Made by a program: the position numbers and the translations under genes
Notes under the pieces: model-generated
The model's database searches: none
Seen by the model: the letters and a program-made list of their open reading frames with translations, nothing else
What the model was told of the DNA's origin: nothing
Assembly (NCBI GenBank): GCA_900543305.1
Contig: UQQZ01000001.1
Location: forward strand, 4,083 to 68,082
Reading direction: 5' to 3'
Length of the DNA stretch: 64,000 bases
DNA from: an uncultured Oscillospiraceae bacterium
GTDB taxonomy: Bacteria > Bacillota > Clostridia > Oscillospirales > Acutalibacteraceae
Shown: piece after piece, positions 19,441-29,067 of the stretch
How positions within the stretch are numbered: position 1 is the stretch's first letter
How the letters are laid out: each line of letters opens with the position of its first letter

Positions 19441-20762
19441 AGGGTAAACTCCGCATATTTTTGATCTATCTCTTGGGAAACCGCCTGGGTGTAGGTGAAC
19501 TCATCCGATTGAAGCAGATCCTCCAAGGTCATGGAAGGGTTCTGATACAGCAGATCCAGCAGCTCGATAAAGTCCCGGATCACTTCCCGAGGGGTGATGT
19601 TCTGATCCGCCCCAATGCGGCTATACTCCAGCTTGATAAATCCTGCCAGCTCCTGAGTGGTAAGACTTCTCTGGTGGCCGTAAAGATCCTGGTGCATCTC
19701 CCAGAGCTTCTCACAAAGCACCGTCATCTCCTCGGGAGTCAGGGGATCCAGATGGATGACAGGGGCCAGAAGGTCCCGGGTTCCGGGCTTGGAGAATTTC
19801 CCCTCTGCCAAACGGGAACGAAGCGCTTCATAACTGTATACGCCCCGGCGCTTATCTTCAATGGCCTGGGGCGTGGCACCCATGAGAAATCCCAGGTATC
19901 GGGCTTTGCCCTGCAAGGTGTCGTTGTAGAGGGTGAGAAGCTTTTCATAGTTGTACTGACGGGTAATAGCGTTGGGAATCTTATATAGGTTTACCAGCTC
20001 ATCGATCATCACCATCATACCCGCATAACCGGCCAAGCGGAAAAACACTGCAAAGATCTTCAAATACTCATACCAGTTGTCATCGGTAATCAGCAGGTTG
20101 ACCCCCAGTTCTTCCTTCGCCTCCCGTTTGGTGGCATACTCGCCCCGAAACCAACGCACCACCTTCAGTTTTGTCTCATCGTCCCCGTCCACATAGGCGT
20201 GGTAATACAGGGAAAGAAGCCTGGCAAACTCAAAGCCGTGTACCAGTTCGCTCAAGGAGGCGATCACCTGATAAATTCTTCGGTCCACCTCCTTGGTCAG
20301 GGCCGGATCGCCCGGTTCCAAACCGGTCTCCTGAACAGCTTCCCCTTGAACACTGCTGATCCACCGGTCCAGCACCAAGGTCAACGCGCCGCCTTCCGGC
20401 TTCGTCTTGGTGGACAGGTTGCCGATCAGCTCCCGATAGGTGGCTAATCCCTGGCCTCGTGTTCCTTGCAGACGTCTTTCCGGAGACAGGTCTGCATCCG
20501 CCACCACAAAGCCCCGGTCCATCACATAGTTCCGAATGGTCTGGAGCAGAAAACTTTTACCGGAACCGTACCGCCCCACAATGAAACGGAAGGAGGCGCC
20601 CCCCTCCGCAATGATGTCCACATCGTGAAGCAGGGCCTCAATTTCACTTTTCCTGCCCACGGTGATATAGGGCAGGCCGATTCTGGGAACTACACCCCCT
20701 TTTAAGGAATTCAGTATAGTCTGGGCAATCCGCTTGGGTACCCTTTTCTTTTCTTCACTCAT
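19437..20762 (-). CDS. sngB: DUF2791/BrxC-BrxD-type P-loop ATPase; Shango SngB-like
   Basis: Trimmed to the ATG at 20762 (MSEEKKRVPK...). Walker A VGRYGSGKSF and Walker B MVMIDELV. It overlaps the upstream stop by 8 nt. Confidence 0.8.
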   Translation of the reverse strand: MSEEKKRVPKRIAQTILNSLKGGVVPRIGLPYITVGRKSEIEALLHDVDIIAEGGASFRFIVGRYGSGKSFLLQTIRNYVMDRGFVVADADLSPERRLQGTRGQGLATYRELIGNLSTKTKPEGGALTLVLDRWISSVQGEAVQETGLEPGDPALTKEVDRRIYQVIASLSELVHGFEFARLLSLYYHAYVDGDDETKLKVVRWFRGEYATKREAKEELGVNLLITDDNWYEYLKIFAVFFRLAGYAGMMVMIDELVNLYKIPNAITRQYNYEKLLTLYNDTLQGKARYLGFLMGATPQAIEDKRRGVYSYEALRSRLAEGKFSKPGTRDLLAPVIHLDPLTPEEMTVLCEKLWEMHQDLYGHQRSLTTQELAGFIKLEYSRIGADQNITPREVIRDFIELLDLLYQNPSMTLEDLLQSDEFTYTQAVSQEIDQKYAEFTL

Positions 20763-22665
20763 CCGATCTATCCTCCAGCATATCCAGAATGTCTTCCCTG
20801 TAATCCTCAACCACTGCAAGTGTACTGCCATCAAATTCCAACACGGTGTCTCCCAATCGGTCCAGAAACGCTTCGTTGATGGTATCTGCTACCACGGAAG
20901 CCATCAGGTGATGGGATCGGAGAATGGGCTCCGGTGACTCTCCTTGCAGAAGAGCCCGTAAGATCTGGGAATGTATCTGATCCAACCCGGGAACATCCGT
21001 GCCTTCTGAATGGGTCTCCTGGGAAACGACAGGGGAATTTTCCTGGGGCACAGGCAACTCCGGCCTGTCCTCCGGGATCTCTTGTCTTTCCTCTTCCGTG
21101 AGAAGGCTGTCCCGGGTAAGGACCGCATCCCGCCGAATCTGATCCAGATTGGAAAGGTCAATGACAATTTTGGGCTTGGCAGCTTCCAGCCGTTCCCGTT
21201 GGTCTTGTTCCACCACCGCTTCCACAAAAGGCGTCGCCCAAGCCTCCTCTGGTTTTTCCCGGAGATACCGTCCTGTTTTCAGATATTTTCTCAGCTGCCG
21301 GTCCGCCTCATGGAACAGGGCCTGAAACTTGTTTTTATTATAATACAGTTTGTTATACTCCTCTACCTGCCAGCTGCCCTGCTGACAACGATAAGTCCGG
21401 CAGGGATCGAGAACATACACTCCGTCCGGGTGCGGTTGTTCTTCCCAATAAACCGCGTTACCCAAGGGATACCAGGAAAGAAACTGCTTTTCCCCAAAAC
21501 AGACGGCAAATAGATTTTTGCCGTTTTCGTGGTAGTGTTTCCAGGCAGTTCGCCAAACCTGGGCAAATAGATGCTTCCCACCGGATTCTCCTTTTTGCAG
21601 CACAGGGGATTCCCCCAGCTTTTTCCCTTCAAAGGTGCAAATAGCGGAGAAAAGCTCCTGGTCCCCGGCCTCTTCAGGATGGGCCAATTTCTCTAGAGCA
21701 TCGTCCTGCCGTAAAAGTTCCGGCTCCACATATTGCCGGGCCAGTTCCGGGGAAACGCCTTGAACCACAGCAAATTCCAGCATCCAATTGCGAAGATTGC
21801 CCTCCATGGCCGGATCCCCGATTCCGGAATTCACAAACTTTTCCTGGAAATTCCGAAGTTTCTCCAAGCTGTCCTCCGGGGAGCTTGCTCCAATCCCGTT
21901 GAGAAGTTCATACACATAGAGATAGGCAAAGGATGCTGCAATGGGCGTGTATTTCCCTTTCCGAACCTGAGTTCTCCAGGTAAAATAACCCCGAAGCTGC
22001 CGGACATTTAAATCGTGATAGGTGGGGAAATACCGCTTGTAATCCCCGGTCCACGGTTCGTTGTCCTCGTAGTCCTCCATAAACTTGCCCTGTTTCCAGA
22101 AATTATAACATTTCTCCCGGAAAGACTCGTCCCCGTGTTCATACAGACGAAGCATTTCCTGAATCTTTCCCGGAACCCTCACACCGAGAGGGGGAAATGA
22201 TTTTTGAACCGGAGGAAAAGGTTCGCTGGGATAAATCACTGTCTGTTGAACAGGCGCATGCTGCAGTACAATCGTACAGCCTTCCTGGTCCTCAGAAGAA
22301 ATCGCTCGGTCAAACAGCTGGAATACCACCTGAGGATTTGTCCCATCCTCAAAAGTGATGCCCACCCATTTGGGGCCTTTCATGCGAAAGGGCTTTGACA
22401 AGAAGGGCTGGGGCTGTTCGTATAAAACCTGCTGGCCACATTTGAGGTCACACCGCTGGATTTCTTCGCCGCAATCCTCATCCCAGTGACGCATGAGTAG
22501 AGCCACCCATTTTCCCGTGTGTGGGTGTGTCAAAACGGAAAAGCCAGGAAAATCTGCCCATTTGTGCTGCTCCTGCATGTGGTATTTCTCTCGAACATAA
22601 GCTGCCAGTTCAGACAGTTCCAAGTTTCTCCCCCCTCCCAGGCCCTTCCCGCCTGCCTCCTGCAT
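20755..22665 (-). CDS. sngA: TerB-N and TerB-C domain protein with an extra N-terminal MmcQ/YjbR-like domain; Shango SngA-like
   Basis: TerB-N signature: YHDLNVRQLRGYFTWRTQVRKGKYTPIAASFAYLYVYELLNGIG. TerB-C-like C-terminus: IVIDLSNLDQIRRDAVLTRDSLLTEEE ... LMASVVADTINEAFLDRLGDTVLEFDG...VVEDYREDI. Confidence 0.8.
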   Translation of the reverse strand: MQEAGGKGLGGGRNLELSELAAYVREKYHMQEQHKWADFPGFSVLTHPHTGKWVALLMRHWDEDCGEEIQRCDLKCGQQVLYEQPQPFLSKPFRMKGPKWVGITFEDGTNPQVVFQLFDRAISSEDQEGCTIVLQHAPVQQTVIYPSEPFPPVQKSFPPLGVRVPGKIQEMLRLYEHGDESFREKCYNFWKQGKFMEDYEDNEPWTGDYKRYFPTYHDLNVRQLRGYFTWRTQVRKGKYTPIAASFAYLYVYELLNGIGASSPEDSLEKLRNFQEKFVNSGIGDPAMEGNLRNWMLEFAVVQGVSPELARQYVEPELLRQDDALEKLAHPEEAGDQELFSAICTFEGKKLGESPVLQKGESGGKHLFAQVWRTAWKHYHENGKNLFAVCFGEKQFLSWYPLGNAVYWEEQPHPDGVYVLDPCRTYRCQQGSWQVEEYNKLYYNKNKFQALFHEADRQLRKYLKTGRYLREKPEEAWATPFVEAVVEQDQRERLEAAKPKIVIDLSNLDQIRRDAVLTRDSLLTEEERQEIPEDRPELPVPQENSPVVSQETHSEGTDVPGLDQIHSQILRALLQGESPEPILRSHHLMASVVADTINEAFLDRLGDTVLEFDGSTLAVVEDYREDILDMLEDRSDE

Positions 22666-22712
22666 GATTCTTCCGTCTACATCCTGTCCCCGGAAGAATC
22701 TCTCATCTTTTT

Positions 22713-22741
22713 ATTATAATCGGGTTTTCTCTCCGCTGCAA
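22713..22741 (-). promoter_or_regulatory. Putative sigma-A promoter of the TerB/ATPase/helicase operon
   Basis: On the minus strand, TTGCAG (22741..22736), a 17-nt spacer, then TATAAT (22718..22713). It lies about 48 nt upstream of the ATG at 22665. Confidence 0.5.
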
Positions 22742-22918
22742 GAATGCGGAAATCCATTTTCGCCCCCCACCGGGAGTAACCGTCTCACTCCTAAGGTGGT
22801 CCACAACCAGTGAGAAAGCCGGGTTTTACATCCCTGCTCCGGCCAATCCCCCCTGGCAGATTACAGGAAATGTGGTACAATAGAACCGGAAACACAACCC
22901 CGCAAACAGGAGGACACG

Positions 22919-23242
22919 ATGCTGGGACAAATTGTAACGATCACCATCGATAGAGAAATAGGGACATTCCATCCGGAGCACCCCAACCTTTTCTATCCCA
23001 TCAATTACGGCTATATTCAAGGTACCTTCGCCCCCGACGGTGAAGAGCAGGACGCCTATCTATTGGGGGTCAACGAACCTGTCAAGGAATTTACCGGGAA
23101 AGTGATCGCCATCATACACAGGAGGAACGACGTGGAGGAAAAATGGGTTGTTGCGCCTGTGGAACAATCGTTTACCAAGGAAGAAATCATAGAAAAGGTC
23201 CGTTTTCAAGAACAATACTTTGATTCCATTGTCCTTATGTAG
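22919..23242 (+). CDS. Short inorganic-pyrophosphatase-like protein
   Basis: YPINYGYIQGTFAPDGEEQDAYLLG ... IHRRNDVEEKWVVAP resembles the family I PPase core. AGGAGG SD; extended -10 TGGTACAAT upstream. Confidence 0.6.
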   Translation: MLGQIVTITIDREIGTFHPEHPNLFYPINYGYIQGTFAPDGEEQDAYLLGVNEPVKEFTGKVIAIIHRRNDVEEKWVVAPVEQSFTKEEIIEKVRFQEQYFDSIVLM

Positions 23243-23334
23243 CTTCCAACCCAGAATAAGGGGTTCGTATTATACCAGTAGGTATATACTTTCTAGGGTT
23301 TCAGCCTCATGACACGGACAAGTGCTCTATATAA

Positions 23335-23372
23335 CATCGGATCGGCACCCTTTTTCAGGATCCCGATCCGAT
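23335..23372. terminator. Hairpin between the convergent PPase-like gene and glmM
   Basis: Perfect 11-bp arms CATCGGATCGG / CCGATCCGATG with a 16-nt loop. The flanking T-runs are weak. Confidence 0.45.
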
Positions 23373-23396
23373 GTTTGCATACAGCAAGTTTAATTT

Positions 23397-24803
23397 TTAC
23401 TCGACAACATATCCGTTTTTCCGGATAATGTCAACCACTTCGTCCACATACTTCTGGCAAGTTTCCTGCTCAGGCGCTTCGACCATAACCCGCAGGACAG
23501 GCTCTGTTCCGGATTCCCGGACCAAGATCCGGCCAGTGTCGCCCAGGGCTGCTGTCACCCGCTCTACCGCAGCCTGAACTTCCTTGTCTCCCCGAGCGGT
23601 TGCCTTATCCGTCACACGAACATTTTCCAGCACTTGAGGATAGATGGCCAGAGGCGCTGCCAGCTCGCTCATAGGCTTCTTCTTCGCCATCATCACTTCC
23701 ATCATCTTCAAAGAGGTGAGGATACCATCGCCGGTGCTGGCATACTTGGAGAAAATGATGTGTCCGCTCTGTTCCCCACCGATCCGGGCTCCGCTCTGCT
23801 GCATATACTCGTACACATACTTGTCGCCCACTTTTGTCTTAGCATAGTCGATGCCCAGCTCGTCAAAGGCCTTATACAGGCCGAAGTTGGACATGACAGT
23901 GGTCACCACCGTATTGGTCACCAGCTTGCCCCGCTCCTTCATATAGCGGCCATAAATATACAGAATGTGGTCGCCGGTAACTACATTGCCCTTTTCATCC
24001 ACACACAGGCAACGGTCCGCGTCACCGTCATAAGCAAAGCCAATATCCAGGCCCTTTTCCACCACGAACTTCTGCAAGCCCTCGATGTGGGTGGATCCAG
24101 CATTCAGGTTGATATTCAGGCCATTGGGTTCCGCATTGATCACATAGGTGTCCGCGCCCAGAGCGTCAAAAACAGCCTTGGCAATGTTCCAGCTGGAACC
24201 GTTGGCGCAGTCCAAGCCAACTTTTACGCCACGGAAAGAGTACATGCCCAGAGAGATCAGGTAACCGATATACCGGTTACGGCCAGAGACATAGTCCACG
24301 GTACAGCCGATTTTCTCCTTCTGAGCAAAGGGCAGCTCCGGCCACTCCTGACCGAAGGCCACCAGCTTGCCATCCAGATAGTCCTCTACCAAGTTGATGG
24401 TCTCCTCATCCATCTTCTCACCCTGGTCGTTGATCAGCTTGATGCCGTTATCATAGAAGGGGTTATGGCTGGCAGAGATCATGATACCGCAATCGAAATC
24501 GTCCACACGGGCAATATAGGCTACAGACGGCGTGGTGGTAACATGCAGCATATACGCATCCGCACCGGAGGCCACCAGACCAGCCACCAGAGCATACTCA
24601 AACATATAGCTGGACCGCCGGGTATCCTTGCCGATGACAATCCGGGCGGGACCTTCTTTAATCGGTCTGCCCTCTTCCCCGGCGCGGCTACGCTTCTCAT
24701 TGTAATACCAGCCCAAGAACCGGCCTACTTTGTAAGCATGGTCAGCAGTCAAATTGATATTGGCTTCCCCACGGAAACCGTCTGTTCCAAAATAACGTCC
24801 CAT
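23397..24803 (-). CDS. glmM: Phosphoglucosamine mutase
   Basis: Trimmed to the ATG at 24803 (CAGGAGG SD). MGRYFGTDGFRG and the active-site loop SASHNPFYDNGIK. Confidence 0.9.
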   Translation of the reverse strand: MGRYFGTDGFRGEANINLTADHAYKVGRFLGWYYNEKRSRAGEEGRPIKEGPARIVIGKDTRRSSYMFEYALVAGLVASGADAYMLHVTTTPSVAYIARVDDFDCGIMISASHNPFYDNGIKLINDQGEKMDEETINLVEDYLDGKLVAFGQEWPELPFAQKEKIGCTVDYVSGRNRYIGYLISLGMYSFRGVKVGLDCANGSSWNIAKAVFDALGADTYVINAEPNGLNINLNAGSTHIEGLQKFVVEKGLDIGFAYDGDADRCLCVDEKGNVVTGDHILYIYGRYMKERGKLVTNTVVTTVMSNFGLYKAFDELGIDYAKTKVGDKYVYEYMQQSGARIGGEQSGHIIFSKYASTGDGILTSLKMMEVMMAKKKPMSELAAPLAIYPQVLENVRVTDKATARGDKEVQAAVERVTAALGDTGRILVRESGTEPVLRVMVEAPEQETCQKYVDEVVDIIRKNGYVVE

Positions 24804-25034
24804 TGTTGGTGCCTCCTGTATCAATAAATATGATAGGGATGTTTAACTAATAAATTATACCACATACATTTTGCTCTGTCTACGGGATACGGTTATTGTC
24901 CGCCTCTGCAAACATCTACAAATGTATGACAAAAAACAAAGTTCGGTTACATTTTCTCGTAAAATGTATCCCCTCCGTTTCTCTGCTAAAGCCTGAGAAA
25001 CAATTCTTTGATTGTGAAATAATGCTAAGAACAG

Positions 25035-26270
25035 TTAATCTCTCTGGAACAGATCACGAGTATATACTTTTTCTTTCACATCGTCAAGACAGCTATCATA
25101 GCGGTTTGCAATAATCGCCTGTGCCTGCTCTTTGAAAGCAGCCAGATTATTTACCACTCTACTACCAAAGAAAGTCGTTCCATCTTCCAAAGTCGGCTCG
25201 TAAATAATAACCGTTGCTCCCTTAGCTTTGATACGCTTCATAACACCCTGTATGGAGGACTGCCGGAAGTTATCAGAATTTGCCTTCATGGTCAAACGAT
25301 ACACACCGACGATTACTTCTTTTTCCTTGCTGGCATCATAGGCGCTGTTTGCTTCATATCCACCGGCGATCTCCAGCACCCTATCTGCAATATAGTCTTT
25401 CCGTGTTCTGTTGCTCTCAACGATAGCGGACATCATGTTCTGCGGAACATCCGCATAGTTGGCAAGAAGCTGCTTGGTATCCTTCGGCAAACAGTAACCG
25501 CCATATCCAAAGCTTGGATTATTATAATGCGAACCAATGCGAGGGTCAAGGCAAACGCCATTGATAATGTCCTGCGTGCTTAGTCCCTTCATTTCAGCAT
25601 AGGTATCCAGTTCATTGAAGTAGGACACACGCAGCGCAAGATATGTATTAGCAAACAACTTGACCGCTTCTGCTTCGGAAAAACCCATAACCAGAGTGTC
25701 AATGTTTTCTTTGATAGCACCTTCCTGCAGAAGCTCTGCAAAGGTCTTTGCCGAAGTATTCAGTCTTTCGCTTCCATCAGTTGAAACGATAATTCTTGAC
25801 GGATACAAATTATCATACAGAGCCTTAGATTCACGCAGGAACTCCGGACTGAAGATAATATTCTCACTGCCCATCTTCTTACGGATGTTTGCTGTATAGC
25901 CTACCGGAACCGTGGACTTGATAACCATAATGGCATCCGGATTCACCTGCATAACCAGCTTAATAACAGCTTCTACCGCAGAAGTATCGAAATAGTTCTT
26001 CTTGCTGTCATAGTTGGTAGGTGCTGCGATCACAACAAACTCAGCATTTTTATATGCTGCTTCACCATCCAGTGTTGCGGTTAAATCCAGCTCTTTTTCA
26101 GCCAGATATTTCTCAATGTACTCATCCTGGATAGGAGACTTGCGACTATTGATTATCTCCACTTTTTCAGGAATAATGTCAACTGCCACAACATGATTGT
26201 GTTGTGCTAAAAGTGTTGCAATAGACAGACCGACATAACCAGTTCCTGCAACTGCAATTTTCTTGTTCAT
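25035..26270 (-). CDS. ugd: UDP-glucose 6-dehydrogenase
   Basis: [16 protein letters not shown] Rossmann N-terminus ... GGYCLPKD catalytic Cys motif. Confidence 0.9.
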   Translation of the reverse strand: MNKKIAVAGTGYVGLSIATLLAQHNHVVAVDIIPEKVEIINSRKSPIQDEYIEKYLAEKELDLTATLDGEAAYKNAEFVVIAAPTNYDSKKNYFDTSAVEAVIKLVMQVNPDAIMVIKSTVPVGYTANIRKKMGSENIIFSPEFLRESKALYDNLYPSRIIVSTDGSERLNTSAKTFAELLQEGAIKENIDTLVMGFSEAEAVKLFANTYLALRVSYFNELDTYAEMKGLSTQDIINGVCLDPRIGSHYNNPSFGYGGYCLPKDTKQLLANYADVPQNMMSAIVESNRTRKDYIADRVLEIAGGYEANSAYDASKEKEVIVGVYRLTMKANSDNFRQSSIQGVMKRIKAKGATVIIYEPTLEDGTTFFGSRVVNNLAAFKEQAQAIIANRYDSCLDDVKEKVYTRDLFQRD

Positions 26271-26325
26271 CTTGTTGCTCTCCTTCTACAGTGTGGTGAT
26301 TACAAAACCTTCACACTGGTTGGTT

Positions 26326-27405
26326 CTATATCTCGTAAAACTCCTTATACCATTCTGCGAATCGACGCAGACCTGTTCTCAAATCGGTACTCGGCTTAAA
26401 CCCGAAATCACGCTCCAAATCGCTGGTATCTGCATAGGTAACCGGCACATCTCCCGGTTGCATCGGAACAAGCTCTTTATGTGCTTCAAAGTCATAATCC
26501 TCAGGCAGTACCTCTGCACGGATCAACTCCTGCTGCAGAATATCCACGAAATCCAACAGGTTTTCTGGCCGGTTATTGCCGATATTATAGACTGCATACG
26601 GAGGAACCGGCAGACCATCCTCTCCAATCTTTCTTTCCGGCGCTCCCTGCATCACACGCTTGACACCTTCCACAATGTCGTCCACATAGGTGAAATCACG
26701 CTTGCAGTTGCCATAGTTGAAAATTTGGATCGTCTCGCCCTTCAGCAGCTTATCGGTAAAACCAAAGTAAGCCATATCCGGACGTCCTGCAGGGCCATAA
26801 ACTGTAAAGAAACGCAATCCGGTAGACGGAATGTTGTAGAGCTTGCTGTAGGCATGAGCCAACAGCTCATTGGATTTCTTAGTTGCAGCATAGAGGGACA
26901 CCGGGTTGTCCACCTTATCCTCTGTGCTGTACGGCACTTTCTTGTTAGAACCGTAAACAGAGCTGGAAGAGGCATAAACCAAATGCTCTACACCTTTTGC
27001 ACCATTGTCATAGGAATGACGACAGGCTTCCAGAATGTTGTAGAAGCCAATCAGATTAGATTCTATGTATACATCCGGATTGGTGATGCTGTAACGCACA
27101 CCAGCCTGAGCCGCTAGGTTCACTACAATGTCCGGATTGTAGTCATGGAAGATGGAATCAATCAGCGATTTGTCTGCAATGTTTCCTTTTATAAAAGTCC
27201 ATGTAGAATCTGGGTGTTCCTCTGCACATCTCTGAATTTCAGACAGACGCCACTCTTTTATAGACACATCATAATAATCGTTCAAACTGTCGATTCCAAT
27301 AATTGTGAGCGGTGACTGCGTATTCAAAAGCTCTAAAACCAGATTGGAACCGATAAAACCAGCAGCTCCGGTTACTAAAATTGTTTTGCCAAATAATTTA
27401 ATCAT
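26326..27405 (-). CDS. NAD-dependent epimerase, UDP-glucuronate 4-epimerase type
   Basis: VTGAAGFIGSNL, YASSSSVYG and YAATKKSNE (YxxxK). Adjacent to ugd. ATG 27405 is preferred over GTG 27417. Confidence 0.8.
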   Translation of the reverse strand: MIKLFGKTILVTGAAGFIGSNLVLELLNTQSPLTIIGIDSLNDYYDVSIKEWRLSEIQRCAEEHPDSTWTFIKGNIADKSLIDSIFHDYNPDIVVNLAAQAGVRYSITNPDVYIESNLIGFYNILEACRHSYDNGAKGVEHLVYASSSSVYGSNKKVPYSTEDKVDNPVSLYAATKKSNELLAHAYSKLYNIPSTGLRFFTVYGPAGRPDMAYFGFTDKLLKGETIQIFNYGNCKRDFTYVDDIVEGVKRVMQGAPERKIGEDGLPVPPYAVYNIGNNRPENLLDFVDILQQELIRAEVLPEDYDFEAHKELVPMQPGDVPVTYADTSDLERDFGFKPSTDLRTGLRRFAEWYKEFYEI

Positions 27406-27824
27406 TTTTCTTTTCACCCCTACTATTTCTTACTTTAAAAATAATTCTATTATGGTGGAATGCAACAATAGCACCAAGAACATTCATAATCAGATCATTC
27501 GTTTCGAAACATCCTCACATCATACAATATTCGGATATTATTTTGGTTTTTCTTAGACGAACTGCATTTGAAAAGTCATCCGAAATTAAAAAAATATTGT
27601 TCCATAATTTAAGAACAACGTTTCCGAACACAAAACACTTCCAACTTTACTAATATTTCTGTTTCTGATGGTCTTGAAAAAATATAATATACAATACCAG
27701 CAAATATTACAAAGAAGCTCCACATCTACACAGAAAATGTACTTAAATCTGTATGCTCCTTCAGTATGCTCATCCCAACCGCAATGAATATCACTATGGC
27801 TAAAAACAGATAAACATACAACAT
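27398..27824 (-). pseudogene. Degraded VanZ-like gene (several frame changes and stops)
   Basis: GAGGAG SD plus the ATG at 27824 give MLYVYLFLAIVIFIAVG..., which stops after 32 codons. Other frames carry MWSFFVIFAGIVYYIF..., and a C-terminal ETNDLIMNVLGAIVAF that matches the VanZ C-terminal motif. Confidence 0.4.
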
Positions 27825-27854
27825 GACTATGCTCCTCAAATTCTACTTTTAAAT

Positions 27855-29060
27855 TTATATTCTTGATTGACGTTCCTGACGTACCTTTCGTCTTTTCCGT
27901 TCAACAATCCATGGAGCGATTTTCGTAAACAGTACTCTGATTTTCTGAGAATGTGATGTTCCCTTTCTATAATCTTTCATTATATCCAGAAAATCTTGTC
28001 CCTGATTTAATCGTTGAAAAAATTCTTCTCTTTTTTGATTTTCCTTTGTTGGCTCAATCAGATTATGGTTTTCTCTTACTGCTCGTTCACGATCAACTAA
28101 TGTCAACTCCATTATTTCCTGCATCTTCAAAATCAATGCATTTCCTTTTTCAGAATTAACTACGATTAGTGAACTACCTTTTTTGTCATCATATGAAGGA
28201 TTCACTGATTTACTTCCCCAGAAGTCACCAATTGTCAGATCCGCCGGACGTTTAATTTCTGAATTAGCATATTGACAAGAATAGCAAACAGGTCTGTAAA
28301 ACATTGCTCTCAAAAAACCAGACATATAGAAATCCTGACCCCAAGCCTGATGTTTCCACTGTTTGTCATTTCCAAAGGCTGTTCCTATTTCCCAATCACC
28401 CCAAAAGTAGCTTTTATCTCTAAAGGAAAACTTGCAAATATCAAAGCCTTCTTTTTTTTGGAGACTTCTTAAATAAGAGTCAAAAACTTTTTGGCTTGGA
28501 ACTCCATGGCAAATCAAATCTACTGTATATAACCTGTCTGGTTTATCGCCCAAATATGCATATAGACCTGATACCTGGCACGCTGTTCCACTAAACAGGA
28601 CGGTCTTTCCTTCATTTAAAAATCTTTTTACTTTTCCATATATATCACCAACATTACTTTGTAAGTACTTAGATTTTCTAAAAATATCTATTTCATCACC
28701 ATTTACACACCAACGATGATGCACTTTCAGTTCATCATCATAAGTTGCTCCACAAATGATTGCATCATCATCAAGAACATTACAAATAGCCGAAAATGCT
28801 CCGCCTGATGAACTTTTCATCAATATGGTTTCATCTTTTATTTTTCCACCCCAAAACTCTATTGCCCCTTGATTTACATAATCATTTCCGTTTTGAGGAC
28901 ATATTTTCATACAAATATCGCAATGAATACAAATATCATTTTGTATATCCGGATATAAAAATCCTTCTTCATCCGGTTTCATCTCAATTGCGTTTTGGGG
29001 ACACTTTGCTGCACAAGCTCCGCAACCTGTACATTCTTTTTTTTCTTTTAATACTAACAC
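27855..29060 (-). CDS. 4Fe-4S ferredoxin plus coenzyme F420 hydrogenase/dehydrogenase beta-subunit-like protein (cps-associated)
   Basis: CTGCGACAAKCP and CIHCDICMKICP clusters, followed by a FrhB/FdhB-like C-terminal part. This is the usual partner of polysaccharide pyruvyl transferases. Confidence 0.75.
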   Translation of the reverse strand: MLVLKEKKECTGCGACAAKCPQNAIEMKPDEEGFLYPDIQNDICIHCDICMKICPQNGNDYVNQGAIEFWGGKIKDETILMKSSSGGAFSAICNVLDDDAIICGATYDDELKVHHRWCVNGDEIDIFRKSKYLQSNVGDIYGKVKRFLNEGKTVLFSGTACQVSGLYAYLGDKPDRLYTVDLICHGVPSQKVFDSYLRSLQKKEGFDICKFSFRDKSYFWGDWEIGTAFGNDKQWKHQAWGQDFYMSGFLRAMFYRPVCYSCQYANSEIKRPADLTIGDFWGSKSVNPSYDDKKGSSLIVVNSEKGNALILKMQEIMELTLVDRERAVRENHNLIEPTKENQKREEFFQRLNQGQDFLDIMKDYRKGTSHSQKIRVLFTKIAPWIVERKRRKVRQERQSRI

Positions 29061-29067
29061 TTCATAA

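Noticed and set aside
17227-19464. 745-aa plus-strand ORF antisense to the helicase. Similar long antisense ORFs occur at 10059..11243, 12885..13535, 23634..24827, 26263..27117, 51590..52327, 60939..61577 and 61892..62467.
   Set aside because: Each lies fully inside a minus-strand gene with strong family motifs. Their products are low-complexity (R/G/P/H/Q-rich) with no recognisable motifs or SD. This is typical of stop-poor antisense frames in biased-composition DNA.
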